A stretch of DNA of 64,000 nucleotides, taken from positions 188,381-252,380 of the forward strand of contig CAWBSH010000030.1 in NCBI GenBank assembly GCA_963791385.1, written 5' to 3'. Positions 48,828-58,558 of the stretch are shown here, piece after piece (the first letter of the stretch is position 1; each line of letters opens with the position of its first letter). The translations under genes and the position numbers were made by a program. The notes below the pieces were generated by a model. That model made no database searches and was not told the origin of the DNA. It was given only the letters and a program-made list of their open reading frames with translations. The DNA comes from an uncultured Verrucomicrobiae bacterium (lineage in GTDB: Bacteria; Verrucomicrobiota; Verrucomicrobiia; Chthoniobacterales; UBA10450).

Positions 48828-50561
48828 ATGATTCAATGGCGCTCGCTTCGCCTTGTTCTTCTTGTCGGATTAGCCAGTAGTTTTCTCGCCTTAAACCACG
48901 TCAAAGCTGCGACCGCTCCCGAACCGGGCGATTTGCGCGGGGTAGGGAAAGTCGCGTTCCCGATAACGTGCGCGTCTGAAGCTCAATCTGATTTCGCCCG
49001 TGGCGTGGCGTTGCTTCACTCGTTTTTCTATGAAGAGGCGCGACGCGTTTTTACTTCTGTGGCTGAGCACGACCCAAAATGCGCCATGGCCCAATGGGGA
49101 ATCGCCATGACGTGGTGGCATCCGATCTGGACACCGCCGACTCCCGACGAAATGCGCGCGGGAAAAACTGCCATTGAAAAGGCGATGGCGATAAACGCCG
49201 GCACGGATCGCGAGCGCGGATTCATTACGGCGCTCAACATCTATTACAATTCGCCCGACGGTTCTGCCACAGGCCCGGTGGGACAATCGTGTCACGGACC
49301 AGTGGGACCGCGCGACCGGGTAGTCGCCTACGAAAAAGCGATGCGCCAACTCCGCGACAAGTATCCCGACGATTTTGAAGTGCAAACCTTCTACGCGTTC
49401 GCGGTCCTTGCTGTCGGCTATGCCACGCCTAACGACGTTAGTTTATCGAAACAGCTTGAGGCGGCCGCAATCCTGGAAAAACTGTGGAAGCAAAACCCAA
49501 ACCATCCCGGCGTCGTTCATTACCTGATCCATTCCTACGACTATCCTCAGCTCGCGCAGCGCGGACTCGCTGCTGCGCAGAGTTATGCTTCCATCGCACC
49601 GTGGGTGCCGCACGCGCTGCACATGCCGTCGCACATTTTTACGCGGTTGGGCATGTGGGATGAATCCATCGCTGCGAATCAAGCCTCGGCTGAAGCTTCG
49701 CGCGCTTACGCAGCGATGCGCCACCGTGATGCGACCGAAGCCGAAGAATTACACGCGCTTGATTACCTTGCTTACTCCTATTTGCAGGAAGCTCGGGACA
49801 CTGAGGCGAAAAAGATTGTGGATCTCGCCGCGAAAGTGCGGAAGACAAATCCAGAGCTGGAATTCAGCGCCGCCTACGCCCTGGCCGCAATTCCAACTCG
49901 GTATGCGTTTGAGCGGAACGATTGGGCGGCAGCGGCAACATTGCCGATTCCCGAGCTGCCACATTGGTCTTCGTTCCCGTTTATGGAAGCTCTCATCGAA
50001 TATGGTCACGCGCTCGGACGCGCACATACTGGCGATCTCGACGGCGCTCGCAAGGCGATCGCCCGGATGCAGCACCTGCGCGACGCGACGAAGGATCCAA
50101 AGTTCGACTATTTCAAGAGTCATTTGGATCTTCAGATGCAAGCGGCTTCGGCATGGGTGGCGGCAGGCGACGGCAACAAGGATAAAGCTGTCGAGACGTT
50201 GCGTCGGGCCGCAGATTCGGAAGATACTCTCGGGAAACATCCCGTTTCGCCCGGCGCGTTCGTTCCGATTCGCGAACAACTCGGAAGTCTTCTGCTCGAA
50301 CTTGGGCAACCGAAGGAAGCGCAGCGGGAATTTGAAGCCGCGCTGAAAATCTACCCGGGACGGTTCAGAGGTTTGTACGGAGCGGCGCAAGCTGCCGAGC
50401 AAGCGGGCGACAATGAGAATGCCAGCCGTTATTACACGAAGTTGGCCGCACAAACCTCAAAAGCTGGCGTCTCACGAGACGAATTGAATCACGTTCGTGA
50501 ATTCCTGTCCGCCCAGGCTAAAGCGGCGGATTCAAAGGACGTAGCAGGCGCTCGGGACTAG
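48828..50561 (+). CDS. Secreted TPR-like protein of unknown function
   Basis: There is a signal peptide and a helical-repeat C-terminus (LGQPKEAQREFEAALKIYPGRFRGLYGAAQAAEQAGDNENA). Confidence 0.55.
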   Translation: MIQWRSLRLVLLVGLASSFLALNHVKAATAPEPGDLRGVGKVAFPITCASEAQSDFARGVALLHSFFYEEARRVFTSVAEHDPKCAMAQWGIAMTWWHPIWTPPTPDEMRAGKTAIEKAMAINAGTDRERGFITALNIYYNSPDGSATGPVGQSCHGPVGPRDRVVAYEKAMRQLRDKYPDDFEVQTFYAFAVLAVGYATPNDVSLSKQLEAAAILEKLWKQNPNHPGVVHYLIHSYDYPQLAQRGLAAAQSYASIAPWVPHALHMPSHIFTRLGMWDESIAANQASAEASRAYAAMRHRDATEAEELHALDYLAYSYLQEARDTEAKKIVDLAAKVRKTNPELEFSAAYALAAIPTRYAFERNDWAAAATLPIPELPHWSSFPFMEALIEYGHALGRAHTGDLDGARKAIARMQHLRDATKDPKFDYFKSHLDLQMQAASAWVAAGDGNKDKAVETLRRAADSEDTLGKHPVSPGAFVPIREQLGSLLLELGQPKEAQREFEAALKIYPGRFRGLYGAAQAAEQAGDNENASRYYTKLAAQTSKAGVSRDELNHVREFLSAQAKAADSKDVAGARD

Positions 50562-50615
50562 CGGGGCGAACCGAGATCCGTCGCTTCTCTGAGAATGACA
50601 GCATAGGATAGGTTT

Positions 50616-51894
50616 GTGCCAACGTTGGCCGTTATCGCTTTCGTTCTGATTCTCGCTCGAGGAATCGGTGAACTGTGGCTGAGCCAGCTGAACCAACGCT
50701 ACGTGCTTGCGCATGGGAACGAAGTGCCGCTTGCATTTCGCGCGATGGTTGACGAGGCGACCTATCGCCGCTCGGTGGATTATACGATGGGAAAGAGCCG
50801 GTTCGGAGACGTCGTCACAGTATTTGATGTGGTGCTACTCGTCGCGATCCTTTTCAGCGGCGTGTTGCCGTGGGCGTTTGGGAAATTCACGGCGGCTTTC
50901 GGCTCTTCCGTGTTGGCGATGGCTGGTTTTCTCTTCATCACCGGCGTCGCATTGAGCATCGTGAATTTGCCGTTCGCCTGGTACGCGCAGGTCAAACTTG
51001 AAGAGCGATTCGGCTTCAACACGACGACAGTGAAGACTTGGGTGTTTGATCGAATGAAAGGACTTTTACTCGCCGTGTTGCTGGGATATCCAGTCCTTGC
51101 GTTAGTGTTGAAACTGATCGAGTGGACCGGGGCAACCTGGTGGGTTTGGGCGGCGGCGGTCGTCATCGCCTTTCAATTATTTTTGCTGCTCATCGCCGCC
51201 TCGGTGATCATGCCGCTATTCAACAAGTTCACTCCGCTTCCGGAAGGATCCTTGCGCGACCGGCTTTTCGCACTGGGACAGCGCGCCAATTTTCCGACGC
51301 GCAGCATCGAAGTAATGGACGGCAGTAAACGGTCTCGCCACTCCAACGCTTTCTTCACCGGGTTCGGTCGTTTTCGAAAAATAGTGTTCTTTGACACTCT
51401 CATCGGCGCAGCTCACCGAGCCGCAACTGGAATCCGTACTGGCACACGAAATCGGCCATTACAAGAAACACCACGTGTTGAAGTCTCTCTGCGTTTCCAT
51501 TGTTGGCGTCTTCAGTGGGTTTGCTGCGGTCGCGTGGCTGGCGCGTCAGGACTGGTTTTATCGCGCATTTGGTTTCCAACATCACGCAGGCTTTGCCGCC
51601 GTGAATGTCGTGCCTGCGATGCTATTGTTTGCGTTGCTCGCGGGGACGATCAGTTTCTGGTTTTCGCCAATCGTTCATATGTGGTCGCGCCGTTTCGAAT
51701 ATGAGGCTGATGCATTCGCGCGCGAGACCATGGGAGAGTCGCAAAGCCTCATTGAAGCCCTGCGAAAGTTGACCGAAAAGAACTTGAGCAATCTCACGCC
51801 CCACCCGTTCTACAGCGGCTTTCATTACTCACATCCGACACTGCTCGAACGGGAACGCGCGCTCCGAACAGAGGCTGAACAACCATGCACTTAG
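50616..51894 (+). CDS. M48 family (Ste24/HtpX-like) membrane zinc protease with an apparent 1-nt indel at 51405-51406
   Basis: ORF 50616-51704 is polytopic up to KIVFFDTLI. ORF 51391-51894 continues QLTEPQLESVLAHEIGHYKKHH (HExxH). Removing one G joins them. Confidence 0.8.
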
Positions 51895-51925
51895 CGTTCC
51901 CAATACCGAACGCTGCTTGTTTCGT

Positions 51926-52018
51926 TGTCATGTTGAGCGGAGCGAAACATCTCTGATTGTTTCCGTGGCACGGTATGGACCGAATGATCAGAGATTCTTC
52001 GCTTCGCTCAGAATGACA
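51926..52018. repeat. MITE-like element, copy E
   Basis: The element reads TGTCATGTTGAGCGGAGCGAAACATCTCTGATTG...CAGAGATTCTTCGCTTCGCTCAGAATGACA, with ~29-bp terminal inverted repeats. Confidence 0.8.
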
Positions 52019-52029
52019 GATTTCACGGT

Positions 52030-53244
52030 ATGTCGAGAATCATCATCGTTGGCGCGGGGATTAATGGCGTTACTGCCGCGATCGAGCTAAAGAAACGCAG
52101 TCACGAAGTCGTGCTCGTCGATCCGGGGCCACTGCCGCATCCGTCCGCGGCGTCCACCGACATCAGCAAGGCCGTGCGCGCCGCATACGGCGCTGATGAA
52201 GATTATACCGCCCTTGCCGAACGTTCGATTGAACTCTGGCGCCAATGGAATGAGGAATTCGGCACAGAACTGTACCACGAAGTCGGCGTGATGTTCGTTC
52301 GCCAGCGCAAAATGGAGCGGGGCGATTTCGAACATGAAAGTTTGAAACTCCTCGAAAAGCGCGGGCTCAAAGTGGCGCGCATGGACACGCCGCAGTTGTG
52401 GAAGCGTTTCCCGGCGTGGAATCCGGAACTTTATAAAGATGGCGTCCTTGAGATCGAGGCTGGTTATGCGGAGAGCGGTCGCGCCGTTGCAACGTTAATT
52501 GAGCGCGCTAAATCCATCGGTGTCGAGCTGCGAAACGGCAGTCGTTTCGTCTGTTTAGATGAAGACGATGATCGTGTAAAAGGCATCGTACTTGAGGAGT
52601 GGCATCGCAGGACTGTGATTCCGGGCGATTTAGTTGTGATGGCAGTGGGCGCATGGACGCCATATCTGCTGCCGTTCACCAGGAAGTTTTTCTGCGCAAC
52701 AGGGCAGCCAGTGTTTCACCTCAAGCCTTCAAAGCCGGAGATATACGCACCCGAACGCTTTCCAGTTTTCGGCGCAGACATTACAACAACCGGCTACTAC
52801 GGATTTCCGATCAATCGCGACGGCGTGATGAAGATCGCAAACCACAGCTCTGGCAGGGAAATGTCGCCGGATTCTCCCGACCGGGTCGTGACTTCCGAGG
52901 ACGAAACAAACTTGCGCGAATTTCTGGCTTCAACTTTTCCTACGCTCGCCGACGCGCCCATTGTCCATACGCGGGTGTGCATGTACTGCGACACCCACGA
53001 TGGCCATTTCTGGATTGCGCGCGATCCGGAGCGCGAAGGATTAGTCGTCGCTGCGGGTGACAGCGGACACGGATTCAAGTTCGCGCCGGTGCTTGGAGAA
53101 ATTATCGCCGACGCAGCGGAAGGAAAAGGCAACCCGCTGTTGCAAAAATTCCGCTGGCGACCTGAAGTGCGGACGGGAAGCGGTACAGATGCGGCGCGGT
53201 TCCAACCCAAGGCTGGGCGTTCTCCAGACAGCCGAAGCGATTAG
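52030..53244 (+). CDS. FAD-dependent oxidoreductase (DAO family, sarcosine/glycine oxidase-like)
   Basis: The N-terminus has the GxGxxG motif: MSRIIIVGAGINGVTAAIELKKRSHEVVLVD. Confidence 0.7.
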   Translation: MSRIIIVGAGINGVTAAIELKKRSHEVVLVDPGPLPHPSAASTDISKAVRAAYGADEDYTALAERSIELWRQWNEEFGTELYHEVGVMFVRQRKMERGDFEHESLKLLEKRGLKVARMDTPQLWKRFPAWNPELYKDGVLEIEAGYAESGRAVATLIERAKSIGVELRNGSRFVCLDEDDDRVKGIVLEEWHRRTVIPGDLVVMAVGAWTPYLLPFTRKFFCATGQPVFHLKPSKPEIYAPERFPVFGADITTTGYYGFPINRDGVMKIANHSSGREMSPDSPDRVVTSEDETNLREFLASTFPTLADAPIVHTRVCMYCDTHDGHFWIARDPEREGLVVAAGDSGHGFKFAPVLGEIIADAAEGKGNPLLQKFRWRPEVRTGSGTDAARFQPKAGRSPDSRSD

Positions 53245-53726
53245 GAAATCGCCTTTCCTTGAGAAGCTACTTCTTTTTTTGGCTGGCGCTTTAGCAGCGT
53301 GATTTGCTTGATGCGCGCAGAATCCGACGGGCTCCATGTCGCAATCTCCGGATCGTCTTTGAAAGCATTGTGGACGAGACGCCGTTCGTAAGAATTCATC
53401 GGCTCGAGTTGGAGTGAACGGCCGGTGATGCGCACGCGTTCGGCTAGCTCGCGCACCCGCTGAACGATGCGATCTTCACGCATGGACCGATAATGTTCGC
53501 AATCGACGATAACTTTTTCAGCGTTCTTATCTCTGGCCTGCAGCAATCGATTAAGCAAAAATTGTATGGCCTCGAGCGTCTCGCCGTCGCGTCCGATGAG
53601 CCGCCGGCTTTCCTCTGTGTAGATCTGCAGCGTCGGGTTGCCACCCTCATTTGTGGTCTCCTCGATTTGTACCACAAAGCCGAGGTAACCGAGCATGGTG
53701 TCCAGCAGATCCTTCGGCGTCATCAT
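53241..53726 (-). CDS. jag: Jag/KhpB-like R3H RNA-binding protein
   Basis: The sequence MMTPKDLLDTMLGYLGF...GRDGETLEAIQFL...MNSYERRLVHNAF contains the R3H motif. The start overlaps the yidC stop as ATGATGA. Confidence 0.8.
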   Translation of the reverse strand: MMTPKDLLDTMLGYLGFVVQIEETTNEGGNPTLQIYTEESRRLIGRDGETLEAIQFLLNRLLQARDKNAEKVIVDCEHYRSMREDRIVQRVRELAERVRITGRSLQLEPMNSYERRLVHNAFKDDPEIATWSPSDSARIKQITLLKRQPKKEVASQGKAIS

Positions 53727-55441
53727 CGTTTTCGTTTTCCAGCAGGGACAACTTTTTCGAGGGTCGGCATGGGTTGTCGTTTGTTCTGATAAAATTGCAG
53801 GATACTGAAGAGATTTTGTGCGGTGTAATACAATGCCAGAGCCGCCGCAAAATTGTAGCAGAAAAATAGAAACATCAGCGGCGTAAACATCATTATACGG
53901 CGCTGAGTGGGATCGCCCGTCTTCGGCGTCATCGCCATGAGCCAGACCTGCGTAGCTGCCATCAGCAGCGGAATGATGTTGATCGGCCATCCCAGCGCAG
54001 GGAGATGCGCTACCGTGTCGGGTTGCGAAAGGTCTTGTACCCAAAGAAATTTCGCGTTTCGCAATTCCACAGCCTGCGCGAGCATCTGGTACAGCCCGAA
54101 GAAAATTGGGATCTGTATGGCCATCGGCAAACAACCGCCGACAGGATTGATGCCATATTGCTTGTAAAGCTTCATCACTTCCTGGTTCATGCGCGTCGGA
54201 TCGTCTTTATACTTCTCGCGCAGCTCCTGCATTTTCGGCCCAAGTAACGCTGTCTTGCGCATCGTTTGATTCGCTTTGCTTTGAAGCGGCCAGAGCACCA
54301 GGCGAACGACGAGCGTCAACACCAGAATGGAAATGCCGTAACTTTTCACCACACTGTGAATCGTGTTGAGAAAATTGAGCAGAAATTGACTGACAATCTT
54401 GAATACGCCGAAGTTCATGATCTCTGCTTCGTTGTGGTCGAGCTGGGCCAGCCGATGATAGATTTTCGGTCCTGCCCAGATCTGGAATCGCGCGTTGTAC
54501 GTTTGACCCGGCTGCAATTGAAAACCCGGCATGCGCATCGCGCCTTCGATGCCGAACATGTTCTGCCCGGTGGACACTTCGAACGAATGGCCCCAAATGC
54601 CGGTAGCCTTCGCGTTCAGCGGCGCGATGATTGTCGCGAAAAACTGGTCTGTCACCGCTGTCCATTGCGCTCCGGTAAAATTCTCCTGGTAAAACGGTTG
54701 CGGCGGATGCGCACCAAAGCCAAGAACGCCGCTGCCGCCTTGAAATGAACTGACGTTTCGGTCTCTGGCTTTTCCGTTCATGCACCAAACCAACCGCGTG
54801 TAGTACGGATAATCCCGCGGATGAATTGGCGCCGCCGAACCAAGCGCGACAAAGTAATCGCCGTTCGTGTACGGCTCTGCACCGGTGTTCTGAACGTCCA
54901 CATTCAGTTCAATAAGAAAATTGTCTTTCTTCTCGCTCGACTGCAGCATGGAAAATTTCTTTCGGATTATGATTCCGTCGGGCGTAGTTCGCTCGCAGCT
55001 GATACTGCTGTCGGACTGGCGCGACAATGTAAATTCCGGAAGCGCGGGCTTTGCAGGGTCATCAATCATGGCGCCAATTGGCGTGTGCTTTGGGGAATTC
55101 AAGATCACGCGCTTGGCGTCTTCGGCGATCTGATTGAGCATCACCGCCTCAGAGATGCCGCCGCCGCGATTCGTCAGCCGCAGTTCGACGTCTGAATTGC
55201 GCAACGTCTCGATTTTTTCGGCAAAACTTGGTCCAGACTCAACTGCCTGCGGCGGAGCTTCCGGTGTGGCAGGTGGGGACGGCGATGCCGCGGCAATCTC
55301 TGGAGTTGCTGCAGGAGAAGCTTGATGGGGCGCGCCACTCAGTGGGGCGGGCCTTGGGGCCATCTGTTTTGCCAGATAGAATTCCCACAAAACAAGCCCG
55401 ACTACGCAAAGACCAACAACAACCCATGCAGTTCGATCCAT
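53723..55441 (-). CDS. yidC: Membrane protein insertase YidC
   Basis: A 572-aa ORF carries YGISILVLTLVVRLVLWPL...MQELREKYKDDPTRMNQEVMKLYKQYGINP. Confidence 0.9.
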   Translation of the reverse strand: MDRTAWVVVGLCVVGLVLWEFYLAKQMAPRPAPLSGAPHQASPAATPEIAAASPSPPATPEAPPQAVESGPSFAEKIETLRNSDVELRLTNRGGGISEAVMLNQIAEDAKRVILNSPKHTPIGAMIDDPAKPALPEFTLSRQSDSSISCERTTPDGIIIRKKFSMLQSSEKKDNFLIELNVDVQNTGAEPYTNGDYFVALGSAAPIHPRDYPYYTRLVWCMNGKARDRNVSSFQGGSGVLGFGAHPPQPFYQENFTGAQWTAVTDQFFATIIAPLNAKATGIWGHSFEVSTGQNMFGIEGAMRMPGFQLQPGQTYNARFQIWAGPKIYHRLAQLDHNEAEIMNFGVFKIVSQFLLNFLNTIHSVVKSYGISILVLTLVVRLVLWPLQSKANQTMRKTALLGPKMQELREKYKDDPTRMNQEVMKLYKQYGINPVGGCLPMAIQIPIFFGLYQMLAQAVELRNAKFLWVQDLSQPDTVAHLPALGWPINIIPLLMAATQVWLMAMTPKTGDPTQRRIMMFTPLMFLFFCYNFAAALALYYTAQNLFSILQFYQNKRQPMPTLEKVVPAGKRKR

Positions 55442-55459
55442 AAATTTGGTTTTGCACGA

Positions 55460-55732
55460 TCAGACGCAACGACGGATGTCACTCTGAGATCCGCCAACCC
55501 GATGCAGCGGCACCGGGTCGCACCCACATCCACCCCACGGTTGACACCGCGCCAAGCGCTTAAGTCCCAACCAGCTTCCGCGGCGGACGCCATGTGTCTC
55601 CACCGCTTCCAAAAAATATGTCGAACAGGTCGGAGTAAATCGGCAGCCGCAATCAGCCCCGCACAGCAGACCAAGTAATGGCGAAAGCGTGCACTGATAA
55701 AGCCGAATAGTAAAACGAACTAGCCCGAGCAT
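55460..55732 (-). CDS. yidD: Membrane protein insertion efficiency factor YidD
   Basis: The sequence [10 protein letters not shown]...[19 protein letters not shown] is the YidD pattern. Confidence 0.85.
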   Translation of the reverse strand: MLGLVRFTIRLYQCTLSPLLGLLCGADCGCRFTPTCSTYFLEAVETHGVRRGSWLGLKRLARCQPWGGCGCDPVPLHRVGGSQSDIRRCV

Positions 55733-56094
55733 CAGAGCAGAATAGAAGCGCGCCTCGCGAGGCGCAACAATTCATGTTCCAATACGCTATACGTCGCGGT
55801 CGCGGCTTCGTGCCTGGCCACGAGCACGAACCAGAAGCCTCCTCGCAGTTCGTGCTGGTGCCGTCGCACAATCTCCCGTAAACGGCGCCGGATGCGATTG
55901 CGAATGACCGCGCCTCCGAGCCGGCGCGACGTAACAAATCCTGCACACCATTGGCCACAATTCTCGATCGGTAGCACACTTAGCATGAGATGTCTGCTGC
56001 GACGCGTAACGCCGTCTCGTTTCACCCGTTCATATTGTGACGGGTGCGTGAGGCGGCGGGCCTTAGGAAATGAGAACGAACCTCGCGGCGCCAT
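55732..56094 (-). CDS. rnpA: Ribonuclease P protein component
   Basis: The sequence [22 protein letters not shown]...[19 protein letters not shown] is the RnpA pattern. ORF 55732-56184 was trimmed to the ATG at 56094. Confidence 0.8.
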   Translation of the reverse strand: MAPRGSFSFPKARRLTHPSQYERVKRDGVTRRSRHLMLSVLPIENCGQWCAGFVTSRRLGGAVIRNRIRRRLREIVRRHQHELRGGFWFVLVARHEAATATYSVLEHELLRLARRASILL

Positions 56095-56238
56095 CTCAAT
56101 TGGCAGTGCTTCTGTAACGCTGACTGATCTCAAGACTACGTTCGTTAGCGGTCGCAGCGTCTTATGGGCGACCTCGGTACACAAGAAGTCTTCCCCCGAA
56201 AGCTCGGCGGAAGACTTCTCAAAAAAACCAGGGGCAGC

Positions 56239-56454
56239 TTAAGATCCGGGTGACTGAGCCGGTGTTTCGCTTGATTCCGCCGGCGATTCTGTTGTCGTAG
56301 CGGGAGCTTCCGTTGCAGCTGGACTGGTCATTTCAGTCGCTGCAGGAGGCGGAGTCGTTGAAGTTGGAGTTGCCGCCGGAGCGACTGTTTCGGTTTTTTG
56401 CTCGCACGCCGCAAGGAGCGCGGCACCAGCCAGGATGCAGATGTATTTTTTCAT
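56239..56454 (-). CDS. Small Thr/Pro/Ala-rich lipoprotein
   Basis: MKKYICILAGAALLAAC (lipobox) is followed by a low-complexity tail. Confidence 0.5.
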   Translation of the reverse strand: MKKYICILAGAALLAACEQKTETVAPAATPTSTTPPPAATEMTSPAATEAPATTTESPAESSETPAQSPGS

Positions 56455-56554
56455 ATTTAGAGACGCATATTGCTTTAATTGATCAATCGCAGCAAGCGTA
56501 GTTTTTGGACCGCTCAGAATAATGTTTTTGAAAACAAGTGGCTCGCGATGAGCA

Positions 56555-57652
56555 CTAAAGCGGTGTCTCCCATTTGAGGCCATGTGCCTCGGCCACCGCC
56601 TGACAAGTCAGTCGGCCATCGCGAGTATTGATTCCACCAATCAACGCCGGCTGCTTTTTGCACGCGTTTTCAAGGCCGCAATCGGCCAGTAACTCGACGT
56701 AACGATACGTCACATTCGTAAGCGCTTGCGTCGCGGTGCGGGCATACGCCGCTGGCATGTTTGCCACGCAATAATGCGTTACACCTTCCTCGACGTAAAC
56801 TGGATCGAGATGCGTTGTCGGTCGCGACGTTTCGGCGCAACCGCCCTGATCGATGGAAATATCTACGAACACACTGCCACGCTTCATCTTTCGTAACATT
56901 GCGCGGGTAACCAGCTTCGGCGCTTTGGCTCCTGGCAAAAGCACTGCGCCGATGAGCAAATCGCAATCGGGCATTAATTCCTCCAAATTTGCTTGGTTGG
57001 AATAGAGCGTGTGCAGGTTCTCCATCGCTACATCGAGAAATCGCAGGCGCTCGACATCGATATCGAGAATTGTGACATCCCCGCCAAGACCTTTGGCCAT
57101 CCGCAGCGCGTTTACGCCGGAAGTTCCTCCGCCGACAACGACGACGCGCCCGGGCAAGACTCCCGGCACGCCGCCCAGCAAAACGCCACTGCCACCGTTG
57201 TACTTGGCGAGAAAATACGCGCCCATCACTACCGACATGCGACCAGCGATCTCGCTCATCGGCTCCAACAACGGCAAACGATGGTCCACCGGGATCGTTT
57301 CATACGCAACGCCGGTCACGCCCGATTTCAGCAATGCCTCAGTGAGAGCTTTGCTTGCAGCCAGATGAAGATAGGTGAAAAGAATTTGGTTCCGCCGCAA
57401 CAACGGAAACTCGGCTTCGAGAGGTTCCTTGACCTTTACAATCATGTCGGCGCGCGCGAAAACTTCTTTCGCTTGCTGAACAATCTCCGCGCCGGCTTTG
57501 GCGTAATCCTGGTCGGGGTAACCTGAACCGACGCCCGCATTTTTCTCCACCAGCACGGAGTGACCAAGTCGGGTGAGTTGGTTCGCTCCGGATGGCAGAA
57601 GAGCAACGCGCTGCTCTTGTTCTTTAATTTCTTTTGGGACACCGATAATCAT
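56555..57652 (-). CDS. ald: Alanine dehydrogenase
   Basis: The sequence MIIGVPKEIKEQEQRVALLPSGANQL...VVVVGGGTSGVNA is the AlaDH pattern. Confidence 0.9.
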   Translation of the reverse strand: MIIGVPKEIKEQEQRVALLPSGANQLTRLGHSVLVEKNAGVGSGYPDQDYAKAGAEIVQQAKEVFARADMIVKVKEPLEAEFPLLRRNQILFTYLHLAASKALTEALLKSGVTGVAYETIPVDHRLPLLEPMSEIAGRMSVVMGAYFLAKYNGGSGVLLGGVPGVLPGRVVVVGGGTSGVNALRMAKGLGGDVTILDIDVERLRFLDVAMENLHTLYSNQANLEELMPDCDLLIGAVLLPGAKAPKLVTRAMLRKMKRGSVFVDISIDQGGCAETSRPTTHLDPVYVEEGVTHYCVANMPAAYARTATQALTNVTYRYVELLADCGLENACKKQPALIGGINTRDGRLTCQAVAEAHGLKWETPL

Positions 57653-57732
57653 GTGCGCAGTGAGAGTGATTAGTGAGAAGTAAGAGGCAGAATCAAGCTA
57701 AATCACTCACGTCTCGCATTTCATCGCTCACA

Positions 57733-58305
57733 TCAATTTAGCGACGGATCATCCGGGGCGGCGGCGAGCATTTTATACCATGGCCCCAGAGTGCGCATGA
57801 TGTCGAACCAGAGATTTGGCAGGCGATCCAGTTTCAGCAGCGAAGGATTAGCTTTTTGAATAAGCCAGGCTTTCTGTTTCACCTCGGTTTCAAGCTGACC
57901 GGCTCCCCAGCCTGCGTAGCCGACAAAAGCACAGACTGTCAGCTGATTTTTCTGCCCGCCTGCGTCGCTCGATTCCTCTAAGGTTATGTTGTGATTGAGT
58001 TTCAAACCTGCGCCTGCGCCTTTCTGCCATTCAAACGCCGCGAACATCAGTTGGTTCTTTCCGACCGGACCGCCCAGAAACACGGGCACATCAGCAAGAC
58101 CGTTGGGTGGCATGCCTGACACCAGTTCGACCACTGGTTTGTCCAGCGGACGATTAATGATTACGCCGAGGGCGCCTTCCTTGGGATCGTGCTCGGAAAC
58201 GAAAAGCACGGTCCGCCGAAAATTTGGGTCGAGCATATTCGGATGGGCAACCAGCAAGGAACCGGCAAAACTGCGCGACAACCGTTTATCGCCCAAATCA
58301 CGCAT
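57733..58305 (-). CDS. YqgE/AlgH family protein (UPF0301)
   Basis: The sequence GSLLVAHPNMLDPNFRRTVLFVSEHDPKEGALGVIINRPL is the family pattern. Confidence 0.8.
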   Translation of the reverse strand: MRDLGDKRLSRSFAGSLLVAHPNMLDPNFRRTVLFVSEHDPKEGALGVIINRPLDKPVVELVSGMPPNGLADVPVFLGGPVGKNQLMFAAFEWQKGAGAGLKLNHNITLEESSDAGGQKNQLTVCAFVGYAGWGAGQLETEVKQKAWLIQKANPSLLKLDRLPNLWFDIMRTLGPWYKMLAAAPDDPSLN

Positions 58306-58515
58306 GGCAAAACTAGAAACCGCGATGCGCTCTGCCGCAACCTTTGGATCGCGCTGTCGTCGGACCATATTTCAGCTCTGGCGTCACCCGTCAGTTTACG
58401 CCGCACGCGGAAGTGTGCGAAAAGTTGGTAAAATTTTTGTGCAAAATTTTGTTGCGAGCAGCCGGAACCTCGCTTAAGGCTTGAAAGCTTTCTACGATTG
58501 TTCTGGGGGGAACAG

Positions 58516-58558
58516 CCGCCCTTCACGCCTATCGGGCGTGGGGGGCGGTAATTTTTTT
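58516..58558 (+). terminator. Intrinsic-terminator-like hairpin plus T-tract with no annotated upstream plus-strand gene
   Basis: The sequence CCGCCCttCACGCCtatcGGCGTGggGGGCGG is followed by TAATTTTTTT. Confidence 0.5.

Noticed and set aside
53241-54134. ORF 53241-54134 (297 aa) taken as a long Jag protein
   Set aside because: Its first ~135 residues overlap the yidC 3' end in another frame and look non-protein-like. The conserved Jag sequence begins at the ATG at 53726.
56185-56218. The GAAGTCTTCC...GGAAGACTTC hairpin considered as a rho-independent terminator for the lipoprotein gene
   Set aside because: On the minus strand the T-run precedes the stem rather than following it. On the plus strand the stem is followed by an A-run. 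It may still affect transcription but does not fit the canonical form.
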